From Lenisia limosa (lineage: Eukaryota; Protista; Breviatea), in the NCBI GenBank assembly GCA_001655205.1, contig LPNZ01010979.1, positions 1 to 33,263 on the forward strand: a stretch of 33,263 nt of DNA, in the 5' to 3' direction. Within the stretch, counting starts at the first letter, position 1. Each line of letters begins with the position of its first letter. The position numbers were made by a program, and so were the translations under genes. Shown piece by piece: positions 1 to 11,004 of the stretch. The notes beneath the pieces were generated by a model that worked only from the letters and a program-made list of their open reading frames with translations, had not been told where the DNA came from and did no database searches.

Positions 1-99
1 GTTTTTGTGGACGGGGATATAATTACATATACTATATGATATAATATATAATGTAGTATTATATGATATGTATATGTATACGCGACATGACCTGTTTAG

Positions 100-1763
100 C
101 CACGGCAAACGTCTACTACAGAATATACCTCCTAGATTCTGGTAAGAAATTCACTTTTTTGCACAAGACTTGGCTTTTATAAATCTAACCCTCACAGCAA
201 ATGCGGGGCTATCCTCCCACGATGAAGTAAGCTGCACAAGTAACGTCTACACTTTGGGGAGAGAAATAGATATTATTTATACGTATTTACAAGAACCAGG
301 GATTCCCTACGGTCCGAAAAAGACATATTTATCGAGGATTTATCGAATAATCTAGTCTTTTTGGGACAGTAGGGAACCCCTAACAAGAACACTAATGTGA
401 CGTGCTATTTTTGACCTATCGTATTATATATGCTTCACACGTTTACCCCGAAGGTGCCCTTCAACACAGTAGCGCCAGTCAACCACATGGAAATCACACC
501 TGTTGATGCCACCACCCCTTCTTCTATAACCGCGTTCGGTACTTCGTTGGGGGGGGGGGGGNNNNNNNNNNNNNNNNNNNNNNNNNNNNNNNNNNNNNNN
601 NNNNNNNNNNNNNNNNNNNNNNNNNNNNNNNNNNNNNNNNNNNNNNNNNNNNNNNNNNNNATTGTTCTCTTTTGTTAGGAACATTATGGGCATTAATTAA
701 GATTAGATATATATATTTTGTTCTTTAACCTCTGACTCACATTTCGGTTAGAAGCTACCACAGCACCGCCTTGGGAACATACTACCAAATGCAGCAGTCT
801 TTTGTTGTTATTCCCTCCAGATACGGTGGTATGAATCCGTTTTATTACTAATAATCATACGATTCAAGACAGTTTCCAGGCTCACCGTTCTAGTTGAAAC
901 GTTTGTGTACTCCAGCTACGCCCTCGCAGTAGCTGAAGCCACCTTCTCTTCCATCATCTCCGAGAAAACTTTTACTTTCTCTAAAGATAGCATTGTAAGT
1001 GGGTAAACCCCTCTGTAGGATTAATCAAAGTATGTTGTTGAGGGGTTATCACGCAAAAGCCAAAGGGGGTTGCTTCCTGGGGGGGGGGGGTGTNNNNNNN
1101 NNNNNNNNNNNNNNNNNNNNNNNNNNNNNNNNNNNNNNNNNNNNNNNNNNNNNNNNGTTTTGTTTTCACTTTCCTGTGATGTCAAATGTTCAAACAACAA
1201 CACTTACAATTCAGGTGCTCATTGAGTCGGAAGTGACCATTTCTACTGGCACATCTATTACTGAATCAGCCCCCGTTATCAACTTGATGGTATGTAACTC
1301 ATATATCGTAATCTGAAGCATAGTTAGATTTGCTGTCTTACTTTTCAGGTTGATGGAGCGGCAGTTGCGACCTCACACGGCTATTCCTCCGCCTATGGAA
1401 GAGAAATGGCTCTAGTATTTTCCTGGTAAGCGTTTTGTGTTTTCAATATTTGATATTTTTAACATAATTGCTATCTTTCCGTACTCTGCATGGCTTTGAT
1501 GATTCAAACGACACTGGCCAATTACTATTTTATTCATATTCACCTTCAGGACTGGCGAACTTGCTGCTGGAGCACACACTCTGTCTCTGGATTGGAAATT
1601 GGTGGGTAGAGTGACCATATGTTGTAACCATTGAAAACCGTCAGTTATAGGAAAATACTCTTTATTGACCCTTCAGCTTTTCGGTACCAGTGAAATCAAG
1701 AACCGCAATGCCGACTGGGCTCCCACCACTGTTACTGTTGTGTCTCTCCCAAAAACATTTTAG
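100..1763 (+). CDS. Multi-exon gene, 5' end outside the window; beta-rich hypothetical protein of unknown function
   Basis: Phase-consistent GT-AG exons: 100-141 (ATANVYYRIYLLDS), about 199-281 (NAGLSSHDEVSCTSNVYTLGREIDIIYT), VPFNTVAPVNHMEITPVDATTPSSITAF, YALAVAEATFSSIISEKTFTFSKDSI, VLIESEVTISTGTSITESAPVINLM, VDGAAVATSHGYSSAYGREMALVFSW, TGELAAGAHTLSLDWKL and LFGTSEIKNRNADWAPTTVTVVSLPKTF-TAG (1761-1763). Middle exons are interrupted by N-gaps. Confidence 0.7.
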
Positions 1764-1933
1764 ATGAGAGCTGAACCTGTTTGTAACTTCATATTGTTTC
1801 GAAATAAGTGTCACATCTTGTTGAAGGATGTTTCAGAATAGAATACATTATGCTGAAAATAAGAACAGTGGAGAATAGCCCCATTCAGATATACTACTAC
1901 ATTCTTGGCTTCACAACAATTTACTTCACCACA

Positions 1934-3182
1934 TTATTCGAACTGTTCAAAAGGAAGAGCATTGAGGAAATCTTGGCACAATGACCAGATTTCCTTGGAG
2001 TCTGTGAAAGCTGAGTCCCCTTCATCTGTCAGACTCAGTTCCAAGAACTCATCAGAGGAGCTTTGTGTCAGGTCCAGAGCCAGCGGATGGCCAGTAGCCC
2101 AGGCTGAGAGAGCCGAGGCAAACTCGCGACTGTATAGAAGAAGAAGCTGGATAATGGCATCGTCATGAGTAATCTGAACAGTCAGAAAAAATGTGTGAAA
2201 AGTCAAGAGAGAACTACCTGGATTTGCATTGCGGCCAAGGCGGCGAAATGCTCAATCTCCAATTTAAGAAGCACAGACACAAGATCACGTTGGTTGATCG
2301 TTTTGCTATACAAATATTAGAGCAGATGGCGAATTATGTAAGAGTGATGACAAACACATGAAGATCCAGATCTCCCAAACAGGGAATTGGGTAGTTCGCC
2401 AGTGGCTTTGGGACTCGTGAGATGGGAGAGGTCTGGAGTATAATTCCTCTCAGTGCCTTGTCTTTATTGTTAAAAATGATAGAGTTAAATGATTGGAATA
2501 AGTAAGAGTTTAAGCTTGCTATAACCCACTTTAGAGCAGAGCCGCCCCATTTAACGAACTCCTGAAGAGTCGAAATACTCAGAACACCATGGACAAAATC
2601 CGCAATGAGAGTTGCTGTGGCCTTAATGAAAACTCGGCCTAGGGAAAATTAGGTAGGTGGTTCCCCAAAACAGAGATCTTATCCTTATCATTGATTAATC
2701 AAGATATTGGTTCTGTGACAGGAAGGTGATCCACTTAACTATCAATATATTTCTCATTTGTTTCACGATTGTTTTCATTTGCTTATGATAAAATAAAATA
2801 AATTCGAAAAGTAACACAAGTGTAAGAGGAACCAACCTCTATTGTCATTTTTATCTTGGTCGATGAGCGGCCTTCGTGACACTTCCGTAAGAATGGAGGA
2901 AATATTCCATAGTGTCAACATATCTTGTGGTTTCCTGGAAATTGTAACAATTCCAAAAGTGAAATTTTGCACAGTTTTATTATCGGATTATATCAACTAT
3001 GAACTGCCAGAAACAAAAAGAAATTCAACAAACCTCAAAGGTCTAAGGACAGGTAACGTAATAGACTCTGGAGTTACAATCAGTGTGCACACCAAGGGGC
3101 CCTTGAGAACAATACACGGCATGGCTGGGTTTTGATTATTGGAATGGTTGACATTACGAATCTGAGGTGTGGAAAAGTTCAT
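1934..3182 (-). CDS. Multi-exon hypothetical protein, about 270 aa, largely helical
   Basis: ATG at 3182 with an upstream in-frame stop. Six exons join in phase: MNFSTPQIRN...PVLRPLR | KPQDMLTLWN...DKNDNRG | RVFIKATATLIADFVHGVLSISTLQEFVKWGGSALK | ALRGIILQTSPISRVPKPLANYPIPCLGDLDLHV | KTINQRDLVSVLLKLEIEHFAALAAMQIQ | ITHDDAIIQ...ALPFEQFE-stop. No family recognised. Confidence 0.7.
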
Positions 3183-3444
3183 TTATTCTGAACAAAATGA
3201 TGACATATTCATAATGTAGTCATCAAAATGATTCGATCACAAAAGAAAAAAGAATGTTGGAGTTGGTAAATGGTGATGTGGTTTATGTGATGTAAAATTG
3301 TCAATAAAATAAAGAAAGAAAATACAAGCTATATCATTTGTACACAACAGAATGACCTTTTGTTTCGATCAGGGGATAAGAAAACAGGCTTCATAGACGA
3401 GTGGATAGTACGTTATCATTCTGATTTTCACGCAGTTAGCCTAC

Positions 3445-6400
3445 CTTTAGAATCATTCGTATCATACGGGATCATAGACTTGAGGCAGCCGCTGTGATAG
3501 ACTACGCCACCTGAAAATGGAAATACACTTAACAACAGCTTAACTTAGTTCCAAAAAGACCGGACTGAGGTTTACGATCGATAATCTTGATATGCTGCGG
3601 CGCAGAAATCCTGCCGTTAATTCGATATCCCGCCGTTAATTCAATAGCCATTCGAAAATACAAAAACATCACTGATAAATCCTCATTAGCTCAAGTTTTC
3701 ACAAAACACCTGTAAGATAGTGTTTCTTGGGGATATTTCGGTTTTTAAAGAATTTTAGAATGTTTAGATAGATCAGTTCCCCCCCTTTTGAGTAGTTTGA
3801 GTTTTATTAGGATAGAATAATTTTTCGGCGAATTTTTTTTTGCCCAAATTTTGATAGCTGAGATAGCCTACTATTGGTTTCTTGATTTTTTTTTGGAAAA
3901 GCTCTTTGCTGTGTTGAGAAATAATTTGGCCGAATTGTGTACTCTACCGGACCAAGCCGCCTGTGAACAGCGTAAATTCCAATTTGAAGGTTAGTGAGGG
4001 TTTTATTTGCATTATTAGTTTCATTATACATATCGATATATTAAATAAAATACTAAGGTAGGATACAATGGGACGAAGAGGAAAGAAACCTGCAAAAATT
4101 TTCTTTAATTCAGAAAAATCTGTTGAAACAGAAGGCTGGAGTTGGCTCAACGATTCTGAAAAAAATAAAGCTATGAATAAAGCCTGTGCAGCACACAATC
4201 GTGATCCTGAACTTTGGTCAAACTTTACTTCCTTTACTCGTTTGGAATCTGCAAGCGATTATGCCTTTATTATTCCGAAATCAACGTGTAATGACAGCTA
4301 TAATAGATATCATATGTGCAATTAGTTGATGAACGCGTGACTGGAAAATCTGTTGAAACAGGACTGAATCTTGTCACCTAAAAACCAGGAAGAGAAGGTG
4401 TTCCTTCTGATGTTAAGGACAAATTTAAAGATGTTGCAAAAGGAATGAAAAAGGTTTATCAGGTTTCTGCCTTTGAGTCTTTATGTATTTAGTTTGGTAT
4501 GAAACCCCACTCGTCACTTCTTCTGAAAAAGATGAAAACTCTGTCACCAAATAATGAAGGACCCAAAACTCTGGTCCGACAACAACTGAAAGCTCTGAAA
4601 GAGCCAAGCGATCTGGATAAAAACAGGCAGGCAGCTTCACAAGTTGGTTACTTATTCATACCTTATTTACCTTTTAGCCTGATTGGTATGGTTCTTGAAA
4701 GAACATGGAATTCAACTCTTCGTTATGAAGGATAAAACCCTTCAACAGAGGAATAAAGAAGCCTTTCGAGTATTTACGTTGACAAAGACCAAAGAGGAAG
4801 TCATCACAAAGCAATTGAAAGTCATTCGCCATTTAGCTGATGGACCTATTATTGCAGTTGGTGATAACGCCAGGATTCACCTTACTCCTGAAGTAGGTCA
4901 CACGCAACAGTCTCGGTTAAATTTAGGTTATTTGCTCTTCATTCATTGAATAAGGTATTATTTTTGGTTTTGATCCACCATTTACATCTCACATGTGCAA
5001 GTTTGTTCCTCCATATTTTTGCTGTTTACCAAACAATTGCTGATAGTTATTACCATGCTAAAGTTAATGCCAGACAACAAGCTGAGCTAATGAAATATCT
5101 TTCAGTCAATTCGAAGCGGTATGGATTTTTAATACAATGTTGTTAATTACTGTAGTGATATGAAAGATTACGAGGTTGCTGCAATCATTGCCAAGTCTTT
5201 AAGAGAACCATCATTATGCTGTTATTAAGGCTTCACAGAAAGATTGTGGATACTCTGCTGATGGATTTAATGTTAAAAACTTAAATATTCAAAAATTTGA
5301 TAAGGACTCAGTCTTTAGGCCTTTGGAAAGTGAGGGCTATCCAAAAGTCACCCATCAATACCTTAAGGCTTTGTATTGTTTTCCGAATTTATACGCCCCT
5401 GCCTGTGCCCCAAACCTTTATTTGCCAGTTCCTGGACGACCAGCTTGGCTTGAAAAGCCCCTCATGTTTGAATCATTGGAATTTCGAAGGTCTCTTCAAA
5501 TATTGGAAAATGGTGGTGATTTGGCTCTTGATCAAGCAATCGCTCTCCAAGCACAATCTGCCATTAAAAGTGACCAGCGATTGACTGAAATCGATCAAGA
5601 AACTAGAGATTTTCTCTCTGGAGCAGCTGCAGCTCTCGCAACCGTTCAATTAAGAGATCCTTCTCTCAGGGCAAAGTTACCTCTTATTACTCGTGCGCTT
5701 TCTAGTGAATGTCATGATGTTTTGTTGGAGTCTATTGGTAGCGTTTTGCAGACGGGTCCAGCACCCGATATGGTTTTAAAACCGGTGAAGTACTACATTT
5801 TAGAAAAGGGAGAGGAGATGAATCCAGGACAGGTTTGATTAAAAATTTCCGTTTATGTTTTAGTTTATTGTAAATCCCGAGGAACTGAAGGAATCTGCAA
5901 AAAAGAAGAATCCACCCTATCTGGGTGGGGCCGTTGGCCAACTGCTGAAATCATTGATAAGCTGAAAAAAAAGCAAATGACTCCAAAAGTGAAGAAGAAC
6001 ACAACCAAAATCNNNNNNNNNNCACTACTGGAAAGGTCAAAGCTAAAAAAAAAAGTAATTTATTTGAAGAAAACAATGCAGATTTGTACCTCTCATATCA
6101 CGGGTTACCCCAGATTTGCCAGATATTGTCGGTATTACTGTTTTTTGCTCTACTTTACCTGAACCTTGTTGTTAAAATACAGTAACAAAACAATATTTAT
6201 CAGGGATACCTTATTTTTATATCTTTCGAATTTTTTTGAATTAACGGCGGGATATCGAATTAACGGCGGGATTTCTGCGCCGCAGCATATACAATAGTAG
6301 AAAAGGAGAAATGCCCTTGGTAAGAATGAGCATATAACACCAAAAAACCTCTACTTTCTCCATAAGAAAGATAACCGCATAAAAGACTGCAACACCCAAC

Positions 6401-9400
6401 ACATACCATGAGAGAGAGCAGTTGTAATAGAGGTTACACGCTTGGGGAAAGCAGGCCACAGAGGCAGAAAATCTAGAAATCATTCATTTGCTGTAAAGGC
6501 TTGTGTACACTTTTTGCATACAGAATATCAATGAACAGTTAATGAATAGAAACTATTCTAAGCAACTTCAAAAAAAGATATATGTACACTATTTACATTT
6601 TCACACAATTCTTGATAACAGAAATAAAACATATCATATGATATGCCAGGCTGTCTCGCCTCACCTGATGCGGCAATACCGGACAGCATATCAACGCCGA
6701 AAGTAACAGCTGAAGGGAGACCCGTGACAACGTCGAGGGGGCCTGATGTTACTTCTGAAACACTAAGATTCTGTCGATTTCATAGATATCAGACCACTTA
6801 TTAAACACTTCCTAAATCTCAAAGAGCTAACGATTGAATAGCTAAGAAGATGGCCCCCGGTATACCATTAGACCACGTGGTGCTGAGCCGGGTGACGTCA
6901 GCAGAGGCCGGGCCCGATACAGTTCGAAGATCGTCCGCACACCATCCAACTGTGAGGGATGATTCGACTGAGTTGTTTCCATAGATGGAAGTTGAATCGG
7001 ACTTGCCATATTGAAGTGAAACCTGAATTATGAGTTGCAATTGCAAGTTTACATGCACAGTAGAAAAATGGATGTGGTGTTACTGACCTACCGAATAGCC
7101 ATCAAGAGGAGGGCCTGTAACAAGAACGTCTTTTCCAATCGGTAGATTAACAGTGATATGTGTGCCGTCATTGAGGTCATTCACAGCCGCAAAAAGGCAA
7201 GGACTTTCTTCATCCGGGTTGCCTATCTGCGTGTGGGAGATGTGGAAGAAGTAATAATATGATTATGAGTCCTATACAATATGTCTGCGAACAAAACCCA
7301 ATCACTACCATTTTCAAGAGCTTCATGAGCAAAATCTTTCTCTCAGACTATTCAGTATTATTGTCCTCACCTCTACTGCTGTCCACGCTGCGATATCCGG
7401 TATAGTACGGGTTCCAACAGGAGTTAAAAGTGACACAGATTTGGTTCGTGTCTTTTTAACAAGTTTCTGAATGGATTCTTTCAAGGTGAATGCCGGGGTT
7501 TGGGTCACAAGGTCTGAAATCTACATTGTAAAATTCTCATTGATCTATGTTAATGATATGGAGACAATCACAATAAATCCTACTGATTTGGCAGCTTCAT
7601 GTCCATGAAGATCATTATGAATCTTTGTAAACTGGGGTGTGAAGATGGGTGTGAAGATGAGACGAGTGTAATTCCTGCATGATGGATGTTTGTATGCATT
7701 AAAATGAAGATTGTCATCTAATACAGTAGGTATGAATGATAAGTGTCAAGTAAAGAAAAAAGCGTACATCTTCGACAATCTCTGGAAGAATGGAAGGGAT
7801 TTCGTGAGAATAAAAGGAGCTGAGTTGAGGGGAGAAATGCTAAAACAGAGTCAACATCCTTCTGTAGACTATACAAACCAGATGCTGGTACTGCTGCTGA
7901 TGCTGTTGTTGTAGGGGTGCTGGCAACATTGTTTGAGGTGGTTGGCAAAACTAATTTAAATGAATAACACTACTAAAGAAAATGTCATCCCCAATCTATA
8001 GAAAAGAGTGTCCTTTCTGAAATTCTTAAAAACAAATACCCCGATACTTCTGAAGGCTTGAACGGGTGTTGTTGGCGCTCAGATTCTTTAATTACTTGGG
8101 GCTCAAAGAGAGTCTCTACGCCGCTATCAGAAGGAGGTTTGAACCAGTTCGAGACATCTTGTGATAAGTCGAGGTAAGGTGACGGTTTCAATTCCTAAAT
8201 GGTCAAGATATGCTACTGAAAGAGTTACTTTTATGAGGGTTACATAATGTAACAAAGATATCATGTTCGCAATAGAGGAGCACTACTAACTTTCACGAGA
8301 TCAAAAGGCCTAAATAGAGTCTCTCGTGTCATCAACGAGTAGCATGACGCATCTCCAATCTCCACTACTTCCCGTGGTGGTAACGGTGACGCCCAAAAGC
8401 TCAGGTAGGAAGGCAGGGGTGGTGGGACTGGTGGCCTTGGCCTATACGGTTTCTTTTTCTTCCTCTTCTTTTTTTCTTCCACGATTTTCTACAATATTTA
8501 AGGTAACATATTTCCACGAAAATCTGAAGCAACTGTTTGATAAGAGTCATTTCAGGATTGGACCAAAATATGGAAACAAACCGAGGATCTTTTTCTTTGA
8601 GGTGGAAGGGGGCTCTCTGACATCAAGCGCTGAAGACGCTCTTCTAACTAGAAAATGTGAAAAATCTAATACGATTAACAACTAGTAGAGTTCAAGATGT
8701 AGTCAATGGCGATTCATTGGGAAGTAATATACTAGTTGATTAAATGTCTTATTCATTTAACATTATTATGTTGGATTGAAGCAGTTTCTACAATAATATT
8801 CTTGAAAAGTGAAAATGATAATCATGAAGACAACCAGAACCACATGCTGAAAAAATAAAATAATAATAAAAAAAAACGAACAAATATCAAACCTCAGGTT
8901 CAAGTTGCTCTTCCTCTTCACATATCATAACTTTACTGCAGAGTACGTCTGATATCTAGGAATGACACATTATATTAATTAAGTTGCACAGCTGAATCCT
9001 GCATCTGAAGTGTTGCAAAACAAGTATACTATAAAAAATTTTCACCAACACACATTAAATAAATCACAAAGCTGTCAAAAATAGCAGAGAAATAAAACAG
9101 TACTGTACAAAGCTATTCAACAAACAAACAATAACATGTTAACCTTATTCTGTTGCAGAGATAGTCCAATTTCATCCTCCATCATTTGCTTCTTCATTTC
9201 ATCTGGGTCTATCTAAAAGAGGTCACCAAAGCGACGGTGGAGAAGAGCCAATGCGACTAAATAGAAACTAATCAAGTATCAGCATATTATCTAATAAACG
9301 TGTTCCTTTTAACTAGAGGTAGTGGTTCCCATTCATATCTTAAGAATACTGAACCGCTTCAATACCTTATCAAAACTATCGTCGTTAACATTAACTTCTA

Positions 9401-10691
9401 CTGGTTCCGAAGGCGGACTGCACGGCAATAGATCTTTCATAAATAATAAATTATAATATCATCAGTTTTTTTAACTCATTAAGAAAAGAACTTCAAGCAA
9501 TAATACCCTGAGAAAAGCAGACAATTTTATTTTAAAAAACCCATTCGTATTGGAATAAAAGATAGATACCTGCTTGCGGGGGTGTAATTGTCACAGGAAC
9601 AGGGGCTGGCTGTTGCGGAATTGGTTCATCGACTTCGGACTAAGCGGGGTCACTGGGGATACAAAACAAAAGAAGATAAAATGAAACCAAAAAATGCTAT
9701 TCATGGTGCATGTGATATCTTCATGTCCTATTTGGAATACAAAGAAGAGTGTCTCAATTACTCACATAATATTCTGCTCTTTTTGGAGCGGACCTAAGAC
9801 GGTCATAGTCTTCGTGACCACTAGCTGCCATGAGCTCCTACCAAGATTGAATTCAGAACATGTAGCAAAAAGAGCAAGTGACCCATTCCTTAACACAATA
9901 CAAAATATTTACTAATTCAAATTGTTAACGAACAAAAATGTTCTTCACAGAAAAAAGCTTGTGACAACTCCGGTCACATTTCCAATCACTCATACTTGGT
10001 TGCCTCTTTGGACGTATTCATTAGCTTTCACCACGTTATCTATAGTGTAAGAATGACATTGGATGAGTCTTCAAAATTAAAGAAACAACTAAAATAAGTA
10101 AGAGGCAACAACAAACCTTCAAGGGTATCTAATTGCTGCTGCTGCATTTCAAGACTCATTGCTATTTCCCTTCCAATCTCATTTGTTTCGTTAACAAGAT
10201 CCATGATTTCATCAAGCCTCGCCTACACCATTAAGAAAAAAGATATTATCTCCTGTGCTATGTTAGAGTAGTGTTAATGATCTACTAATTTTGGAGGAAA
10301 TAAACTCAACAGAAAGGAGCAGACTCTGCTAAACCAAAATTACATAGGAAAACAACGCTAAAAATGGAGAAGAAAATGCCCACATCGATATCTTCTTCCT
10401 TTGTCTCTTTATCCGTAATAGCAATTCTGTTTTTCTCAAGAGGAGCTACAGAAGGCAGTATCTTCGACTACAGAATGAAACTCAGCAAAATATACCATAC
10501 CTCATCGAATTGATCTTCAACGAAGGAAAACGCTTCAAATTCTTGTTGTTGGGGTTGGAGCTGCTGTTGCTGTTGCTGTTGTGGTATCTGAAACATGCTC
10601 TCTTCCTGTGCTTCTAAATAACCAAATGGGTCGGATGGGGCAGCACATGGGATTCCACCTGGGCCATAAGGGACTAAGAAATCAACGCTTC
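3445..10691 (-). CDS. Long multi-exon gene (about 21 exons traced, roughly 750 aa): Gln/acidic region, t-SNARE-like coiled coil, acidic/Pro linker, uncharacterised C-terminal region
   Basis: Twenty consecutive junctions join in phase from exon 10691-10506 (GSVDFLVPYGPGG...QFDE) through 10222-10117, 10039-9996 and 9837-9766, on to KIVEEKKKRKKKKPYRPRPPVPPPLPSYLSFW, IGNPDEESPCLF, 6472-6407 (FLPLWPAFPKRVTSITTALSH) and 3510-3445 (GVVYHSGCLKSMIPYDTNDSK). The true start and stop are not resolved. The transposon lies in the intron 6406-3511. Confidence 0.68.
3593..6287 (+). mobile_element. Class II TIR DNA transposon, probably Tc1/mariner-IS630 superfamily (pogo-like), 2695 bp
   Basis: 52-bp terminal inverted repeats at 3593-3644 and 6236-6287 with 51/52 identity. 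Each holds two 19-bp-spaced ATCC(C/T)GCCGTTAATT direct repeats. TA flanks both ends (3591-3592, 6288-6289); ATAT is an equally valid reading of the duplication. The interior carries transposase-like motifs. Confidence 0.9.
4068..5838 (+). pseudogene. Disabled DDE/DDD transposase (pogo/DDE_1-like) split by short introns
   Basis: Motif GPIIAVGDNARIHLTPEV (D at 4863). After removing a 34-nt GT-AG intron (4893-4926) it continues ICSSFIE*GIIFGFDPPFTSHMC, then QTIADSYYHAKV, and later AVIKASQKDCGY. This resembles the pogo-like order DxxxxH...lPpxtSHxxQPlD...KxsfxkcG. In-frame stops at 4379, 4490, 4680 and 4951, a frameshift near 5210, and an unresolved junction at about 5000-5046. Motif match is from memory; no HMM was run. 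Confidence 0.68.
7635..7658. repeat. 12-bp tandem duplication inside a coding exon (IFTP-IFTP on the minus strand)
   Basis: GGGTGTGAAGAT occurs twice and preserves the frame of the inferred exon. Confidence 0.85.
9820..10222 (-). other. t-SNARE-like (Q-SNARE) coiled-coil motif encoded across three exons
   Basis: Spliced sequence ARLDEIMDLVNETNEIGREIAMSLEMQQQQLDTLEDNVVKANEYVQRGNQELMAA resembles the syntaxin-type pattern QxxxLDxLExNVxxAxxYVxxGNxEL. Confidence 0.65.
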
Positions 10692-11004
10692 CTAGTATGT
10701 ATGAATTTGGTTACAATGGGACAGTTGATTATTATAAAAAAAAAAAGGATGAAAATAGTCTTAAATGCAGCAGTGTGTTTAATGATAGTTTTATTTCAGG
10801 TAAGAGGGATGTAAACAATGATAGCAACAACAGATGACATAATCGCACAATTGTAATATCGTAAATATGTTAAGAGACTATTTCAGCTCATCTGAGATTT
10901 AACAATAAATATGAATAATTTTTCCTCTTTTGAAATATTTTTTAACCCACCCTCCTTCATCCCAGGTTATTCTCCTAAACTAGGCTCTATATATGTTTCT
11001 TCAA

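Noticed and set aside
4379-4953. Alternative genetic code (TAA/TAG = Gln) or RIP-like C-to-T signature in the transposase
   Set aside because: Host genes end in TAG, TAA and TGA, and the element also has an in-frame TGA and a frameshift. Every stop codon is trivially one C-to-T change from a sense codon, so this is not evidence without an intact consensus.
3587-6293. Transposon spliced out precisely as a self-made intron (introner-like), using GTATAT at one end and CCGCAG at the other on the minus strand
   Set aside because: That splice leaves a 1-nt frameshift relative to the empty site, and a conventional host intron (6406-3511) already explains the frame.
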